From Centroscyllium fabricii (taxonomy: Eukaryota), in assembly GCA_051313645.2 (NCBI GenBank), contig JBNRSN020000133.1, positions 1,302,001 through 1,366,000 of the forward strand: DNA of 64,000 bases, given 5' to 3'. Both the position numbers and the translations under genes were made by a program. How positions within the stretch are numbered: position 1 is the first letter of the stretch; each line of letters opens with the position of its first letter. Shown here piece by piece: positions 57,626 through 64,000 of the stretch. The notes under the pieces are model-generated. The model saw only the letters and a list, made by a program, of their open reading frames with translations, was not told the origin of the DNA and searched no databases.

Positions 57626-59874
57626 TCAAATTTATGGAATCAGATATCTTCAGCAATCACATTTAAAATGAGGGAAACTGGTAGTGGGATCGATGTGATT
57701 TCATGTTACATTGGGATATTAGGAAATGGAATACTCTATTCATCCCCTTCGATACTTCCCCGCCATTCAATTAGATAATGGTTAATCTGCCTATTAACTC
57801 CAGTTCTCCACCTATTCTCCATATCGCTTTATGCACTTTCCTGACATGACTGTGTTTGCAGTGATTTTCTTAAATAAAGCATAAGAAACAATGGGAAATT
57901 GTGTCCGTTCCCTAATCCTGTGGAAACTAAATGATCTCATCAATAGATTTTATGTTCTGCTTTGTTTGATTGCTGTTGCTGATTTGTTATTTGTATTACT
58001 TGCTTTTAGACTCTGTCAACGCAAGGTTTCAGAATATAATAAAATAACCTGTTCCATGCTGTTAGTCAATGTTTTTACTGGAAGTTATGAGTTTAAATCT
58101 AACACTTATTTGTTACGTGGGTGTTTATTCACCTTTTAGTTTGCGGCAAAAATCAAGTTAGCAAAGCTTACCAGTAAACATCATAAAAGCTGCACCTAAA
58201 ACAAATAAATAATGCAGGGGTGAAATCCAGTCGAGAAACCGGCTCCCTGAATCCCATTCATTCACGACTGATATTGAATGAACTGCAGCATCTGAAGAAT
58301 TGTGTGTGTGACTAGAACTTTGGAAATAACCGGGACAGTTATCCCCATATAATCATTAAGTGCTATGATCAATAGTGAAACAAGGTTCATACATTCTAGG
58401 ACATTTGAATATTCGATCTTAGCATTAATGTTCTGGTCATTACTTGGATTAATTGATTAATTCACTAATAACGCAGGAATCCAATCATCAATTTACCGAA
58501 ATGGCGCTTTCAATGCAATTCAGTTAATGTGAGTGAATCTGCTCTGTAGTTAACTGCGTGGAACAAAAGCCTGGCTGTGACTACAAAGGTTAAGCCGCTT
58601 TCTGTTGTTCTCCATTGTTCCATGACTTGAAAATTAAGCCGTTTAATTTAAACTTTTTGTGCCTCCATTGAAAATGTATTTAAGTGATGTCACACCAAAG
58701 TATTGCTGCACTAATATCACAATCAGCAATTTCCAGTTACTCACCCTTATAATGGCCAGAAGGACTCAAAGTATAAACATGTCTTGGTGTTATTCATGGG
58801 CTAATGGTGCATAACTTCCCATGGATTGCCAGTTTTAAGGCAGACGGCAACACGTTCATTTTAGATGTATTACGCAATTTACAACAACAACTAGCATTTA
58901 TATAGCACCTGTAACCTGGTAGAACGCCCCAAGGCGCTTCACATGAGTGTAATGGAACAAAATATGACACTGAGCCACATAACGCGATTGTGGAACATGA
59001 TGCCCAGCAGATAATGGCGAAACTGTCAGTCAACAGCTCACTAATATGGAATTTTTTTTGGAGTGACTCCCGCCTTGAAGGGTACATTGGGGGAGCCTCT
59101 GAAGTTATGGTGATGGAGCCAGATGATGCTGCAAATAAATCCCTGTTGTAATATGTCTTCAATATTTTGGATTAACCTTGCCTGTGTGCGTTACTGACAG
59201 AGGTGCTGAACTTTTAAACATTAAGAGGTTAAAAACATGTTATATAAAATTGGAATTTCAAGCACACGGATAAATCACCGGCATTTTGCAATCACACAGA
59301 ATAAATCAAGACTCAGGAATCGAGACAAGCGTGTAAAATTAATCTAATAGCCTGACCGGAATGTAACTCAATTGAAGTGATGCAATTGTGTGCGTATGAC
59401 AATGTTTCGCTCCGCCTTCATGAAAACCTGCAAAGGAGTTAACCCTTTCCATTGACAGCTGTTTAAGTTCAACAAACAACAACTTTAGTATTATTGAATG
59501 AAATGTAAAGATATTGGACATTATTAAATTTAAGTTTGTTACTATAAAATTAATATTCTGCACAGTGACAGACGGAAAATTATGATTTGTTAAATCAACC
59601 ACTTAAGCAGGGCCGCAATGTATTCTCTGCTTTCTTCAGTTATGTGGAATTTACATTGAAAACTAATTGCAGCATTTCTGTCTCTACTGTTAAAATAACA
59701 AGTAAGCCACCTACCCTTGGAATCAATTGTTTCTGAAATTGAAATTGATAAGATAAATTGATAGAAATTAAATTGAACATTGACAAATTTTATCAGTCGA
59801 ACAATACAGCTGTTTGAATTTGGAGATAATTTTGAAATGACAAAATGGTCTCAGGCACTATATATTGGGTTATT

Positions 59875-60500
59875 CCAGCTTCAAGTTCCTCGGGGTCCAC
59901 ATCTCGGAACACCTCTCCTGGTCACTAAACACCTCCTCTCTGGTTAAGAAGGCCCAACAACGCCTGTACTTCCTATGGAAGCTGACAAAAACCCAAGCTG
60001 GCACCCAGCATCCTCACCAACTTCTACCGCTGCACAATCGAAAGCATGCTGACAAACTGCATCACAATCTGGTATGGGAACTGCACCATCTCGGACCGGA
60101 TGGCCCTGTAGTGAGTCATCAAAACTGCCCAACGAATCACCGGTACCCAGCTACCGTCAATCGAACGCACCTACCTCAAACGTTGCCTACAGAGGTCTCT
60201 GAATAGTATTAAAGACCCTACACACCCCAGCCACATTGTTTCGCCCCCCCCCCCGCCCTCCGGGAGATGCTACAGATCAATCCGCACCCGCACAACCAGA
60301 TTCAAGAACAGCTTCTTCCACAGGGCTGTCAGTCTCCTGAACTCAAACAAAAAACTCCGGTACCTGCGCACCTGAAAATGTACTTTATTGTATGAAATTG
60401 CATGTAACTTATTGCACTACTCTCGGGAGCGGCGAGTCTTCGTTTCATTGTATTGTACTCGTACTCTGCAATGACAGTAAAACTTGAATTTAATTGAATT
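59875..60500 (+). mobile_element. Rex1/Babar-type LINE 3' fragment
   Basis: SSFKFLGVHISEHLSWSLNTSSLVKKAQQRLYFL...FYRCTIES...CITIWYG; (TTGAA)-type tail. Confidence 0.85.
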
Positions 60501-60919
60501 TGTGGGAAAATAATAGAGCCCCTAAAATAATGATAAATAAGTGTTTATAACTGGGACCAAGTGAGGACGTTTGATCTATGTTTTTAATGGACAGTAAAGT
60601 TCCTGCAGGGCTCCTGAATGAAACATGAATCGTAAATAATGTGGTGTATAAAATGGAGAGAAGAAGTGAGATAGAAAAAGGTAAATTGCACAGCCAAATG
60701 GGAATTTTCCAAACATTTTAGTGAAAGTCAGGGAAGTGTAACTACGAATAATAAATTAATAATTTTCAATTGGAGACGTTTGCACCCCTGCCTATAACGA
60801 ATCTATTAAGGCAACTGAAATTGATAGACTGGCCACTACCCACTATATCAGAACCATGTGGTAAAAGATGAGCAAATATCTGCAGACAATCATTTGGTAA
60901 GATCAACTGAAATCCCGAG

Positions 60920-61455
60920 TTCCTAAGGAAGCTGAAGAAAGCCAGGCTGTCATCCGGCATCCCCTCCAACTTCTACCGCTGCACAATTGAAAGCATACTG
61001 ACAAGCTGCATCACTGTCTGGTATGGAAATTGCACCATCTCGGACCGGAATACCCTGCAGCGGGTAGTCAAAACTGCCCAACGAATCACCGGTACACAGC
61101 TACCGTCAATGGAAAGCATCTACCTCAAACGCTGCTTACGGAGGTCTCTGAACATTATTAAAGACCCCACACACCCCAGCCACAGTCTGTTCGCCCCCTG
61201 CCCTCCGGGAGACGCTACAGAGCAATTCGCATCTGCACAACTAGATTTCAGAACAGCTTCTACTCCAGGGCTGTCAGCCTCCTGAACTCTGAAAATAAAC
61301 TCCGGTACCTGCACGCCTGATAAGGTACTTTACTGTATGCAATTTGCATGTAATTTATTTGCACTACTCTCGGAAGAGTCGAGTCTTCGTCTCGTTGTAT
61401 TGTACTAGTACTCTGCAATGACAATAAAACTTGAATGGAATTGAATTGAATTGAG
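60920..61455 (+). mobile_element. Second Rex1/Babar-type LINE 3' fragment
   Basis: Near-duplicate of 59970-60500, with AATAAA and a (TTGAA)n tail. Confidence 0.85.
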
Positions 61456-61599
61456 TTTGTCTTGTATCGGATGTCACGTGTGACATGATATTGAGATTCT
61501 GATATGAGGGGCAAATATGATTTCTTACTTATGAAGCAATTCTCATCCGGAAATGCATGGTCAATTTGGTCTCAGGAACGGGTCTCACATATGCTCACA

Positions 61600-62432
61600 G
61601 ATTAAGTACGATGAGGATAAATGTGAGGTTATCCACTTTGGTAGTAAAAATAGAAAGACAGACTATTATCTGAATGGAGACAGATTAGGGAAAGGTGCAA
61701 CGAGACCTGGGCGTCATGGTACATCAGTCATTGAAGGTGGAAATGCAGGTACAGCAGGCAGTTAAGAAAGCAAATGGCATGTTGGCATTCATAGCGAGGG
61801 GATTTGAGTACAGGAGTAGGGAGGTGTTGCTACCGATGTACAGGGCCTTGATGAGGCCACACTTGGTGTATTGTGCGCAGTTTTGGCCTCCTAAATTGAG
61901 GTAGGACATTCTTGCTATTGATGGAGTGCAGCGAAGGTTTGCTAGGTTGATTCCCGGGATGGCCAAACTGACTTTATAAGAAAGACTGTATCAACTGAAT
62001 TGCACTCTCTGGAGTTCAGAAGAATGAGGGGGGATCTCATAGAAACGGTAAAAATACTGACTGGTTTAGACAGGTTAGATGCGGGCAGAATGTTCACAAT
62101 GTTGGGGAAGTCCAGACCCAGGGGGCACAGACTAAGGATAAGGGGTAAGCCATTTAGGACCGAGATGAGGAGAAACTTCTTCACCCAGAGAGTGGTGAAC
62201 CTGTGGAATTCTCTACCACAGAAATTTGTTGAGGCCAGTTCACTAAATATATTAAAAATGGGAGTTAGATGTAATACTTACAACTAGGGGGGATCAAGGG
62301 ATATCATGAGAAAGCAGGAATGTGGTACTGATGTAACATGTTCAGCCATGACTGTGTTGAATGGCGGTGCAGGCTCGAATGGTCGACTGGTCTACTCCTG
62401 CACCTATTGTCTATGTTTTCTACGTTTTCTAT
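61600..62432 (+). mobile_element. CR1 LINE 3' part
   Basis: KCEVIHFG, RDLGVMVHQSLK, RPHLVYCAQFW, FFTQRVVNLWNSLP; CR1 tail. Confidence 0.92.
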
Positions 62433-63188
62433 GCTCAATTACTTGACAACAGTACGACATGTAATGGTTAATGTGACTCGGGAATGTGGGAAACTGTAAA
62501 TGTATTGACACATACTCCATCGATAAACTAACTAATAATGAAATAATCAGAATAGACTTAAACACATTGGCAGCTGTTAGAGGGATACAAATTCAAGTTG
62601 AACTGGAGTTACATGTAATTTCGATTGGAACAACTGAGGGCTAAGTGGAAATCATGTTTAGCAAGAATTATCCACACGATGGATACGAGTAAAAGAGATC
62701 TGGAGAATCTTTTAAGTCCATGAATTGTTGATTGGACGTTAAAGTGTATTGTCGCTTGAAATGATTGAAAGACTGAATTACAACTTGTAACTGTAATAAT
62801 TGAACCCAGGCCTATAATGAAAGGGGAATATAACCTCATTTGAGAGGCGCTCCGTTCCCCTCAATTAGAGGACTCCGATTTGCAGCAATGATTGTCAGAG
62901 TATAGATTGAAATAGTCAAGTAATCAATCTTTCAAACATTCCATCCTCGAGGAGGGAACTGTACGAATGATTGGTATTTAGAGACCATATATTAGATGAG
63001 AATCTTATATGTATAAATCCAAGTGTAGGCATTGGCCAACTAGTCTTACCCATGATGCCCTGGGGATATGAGAATGTTTATTACTGTTCGAGTAAAGCTG
63101 TGAGGAATGTCAGAAGCAGTGTTAATTAAATTCTGATAACAAACAGCCATATGCTGCGCGTGAAGGTTAAATTGTTAAATAACATATT

Positions 63189-63945
63189 GGCCTAGAAATT
63201 CCAGTCAGTGCATATCGGGTTTAAGCTCTGCGAGCGCACCAGAGCTTAAACCCGCAGGAAGCAGCAGGTAGCACACACTTCGGGTTTTCCTGTGCGGCCC
63301 AGTGGTGGGGTCGCTGCTTCCTGCAAGGTCCAGCGCAGGAAGCAGCGAACTATGGGATCACCCAGTCGTTCCGATAATTTTTTTAAGTTTTTCTCCGGAC
63401 CAAGAGCAGAAAATTCAACGCTGGAAAATAGGAGTCGTAAACACCCGTTTTTACCTGTTAAGTGTGTATTTTATTTATTTTAATTGTTGTTTTTTCAGGT
63501 TTTTATTTGTTGATAACTTTAAAGACAGGTAAGTATATTTGTAGACCTGTTGGAAGTTGAAAAATTTTCTGCAATTTTTTTTTTCTTTAAAATAATTTAT
63601 TTGTGTTAGTTGGGGTAATGTTTAAACATGTGGTGTTTGTAAAATTTTATTTTTGTGTTTAGATGTCTTTTGGGAATATCTCCTTTCAAAACTCGCACAG
63701 ATTTCTCTGTGGAAGTTTTGAACGGAGAATTGATTCCACTGATTGTCTCCCTGCCAATCAGGTGGTATCAAAAGCCACCTCGCACTGATTACGCCATTCA
63801 GATGCCCATGAAACTCGCATGGAGCTCTGACAGGCTGGGTAACTGCAATTTCTCAGTGCCAAAAAAGCAAAACTGAATATTGGCAATTAAAGTGCGTAAA
63901 GCAGGTACTGCACCCGCACGAAGGCTCCACTGCAATTTCTCGGAC
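63189..63945. mobile_element. Non-autonomous TIR DNA transposon (Harbinger-like MITE), TSD ATT
   Basis: ATT|GGCCTAGAAATTCCAGT ... ACTGCAATTTCTCGGAC|ATT; AT-rich core resembles 16226-16979. Confidence 0.7.
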
Positions 63946-64000
63946 ATTATGATGCTGATATTAGTTAGAGATCGCTTAAGAATGCTTGTATGATGGATGC

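Noticed and set aside
523-62432. Antisense orientation bias of CR1 insertions in the gene
   Set aside because: Several sense copies exist (6630, 12335, 21925) and the numbers are too small to support a claim.

Overview
Eukaryotic (cartilaginous fish) genomic DNA containing one complete, unrearranged, apparently intact IgNAR (heavy-chain-only antibody) gene cluster on the + strand. The order is: octamer-containing promoter (~1890-1950), leader exon (2040-2082), VNAR exon with 23-RSS (2223-2535), two D segments (2753-2763, 3155-3167), one J (3545-3582), a 15-kb J-C intron, five constant exons C1-C5 with secretory tail (18703-27294), TM1 (32139-32287) and a probable TM2 exon (52704-52712) about 20 kb further on. 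The V has only the two canonical cysteines (type IV/IIb-like) and recalls spiny-dogfish (Squalus)-type VNAR frameworks; the species is an inference. The rest is repeats: CR1 LINEs (two near-intact ORF2 copies), L2 and Rex1/Babar fragments, HE1-type V-SINEs, DeuSINEs, Penelope-like ends with hammerhead-like cores, TIR elements with 3-bp TSDs, a solo LTR and several tandem arrays. Most notable are the two-D architecture, homology among the RSSs (including a 23-spacer that looks like a duplicated 12-spacer), a G-skewed WGCW-rich switch-like minisatellite in the J-C intron, a hairpin with a hammerhead-like core in the C2-C3 intron, and a nested TE/satellite stack inflating the TM1-TM2 intron. Most ORFs in the supplied track are spurious or TE-derived.
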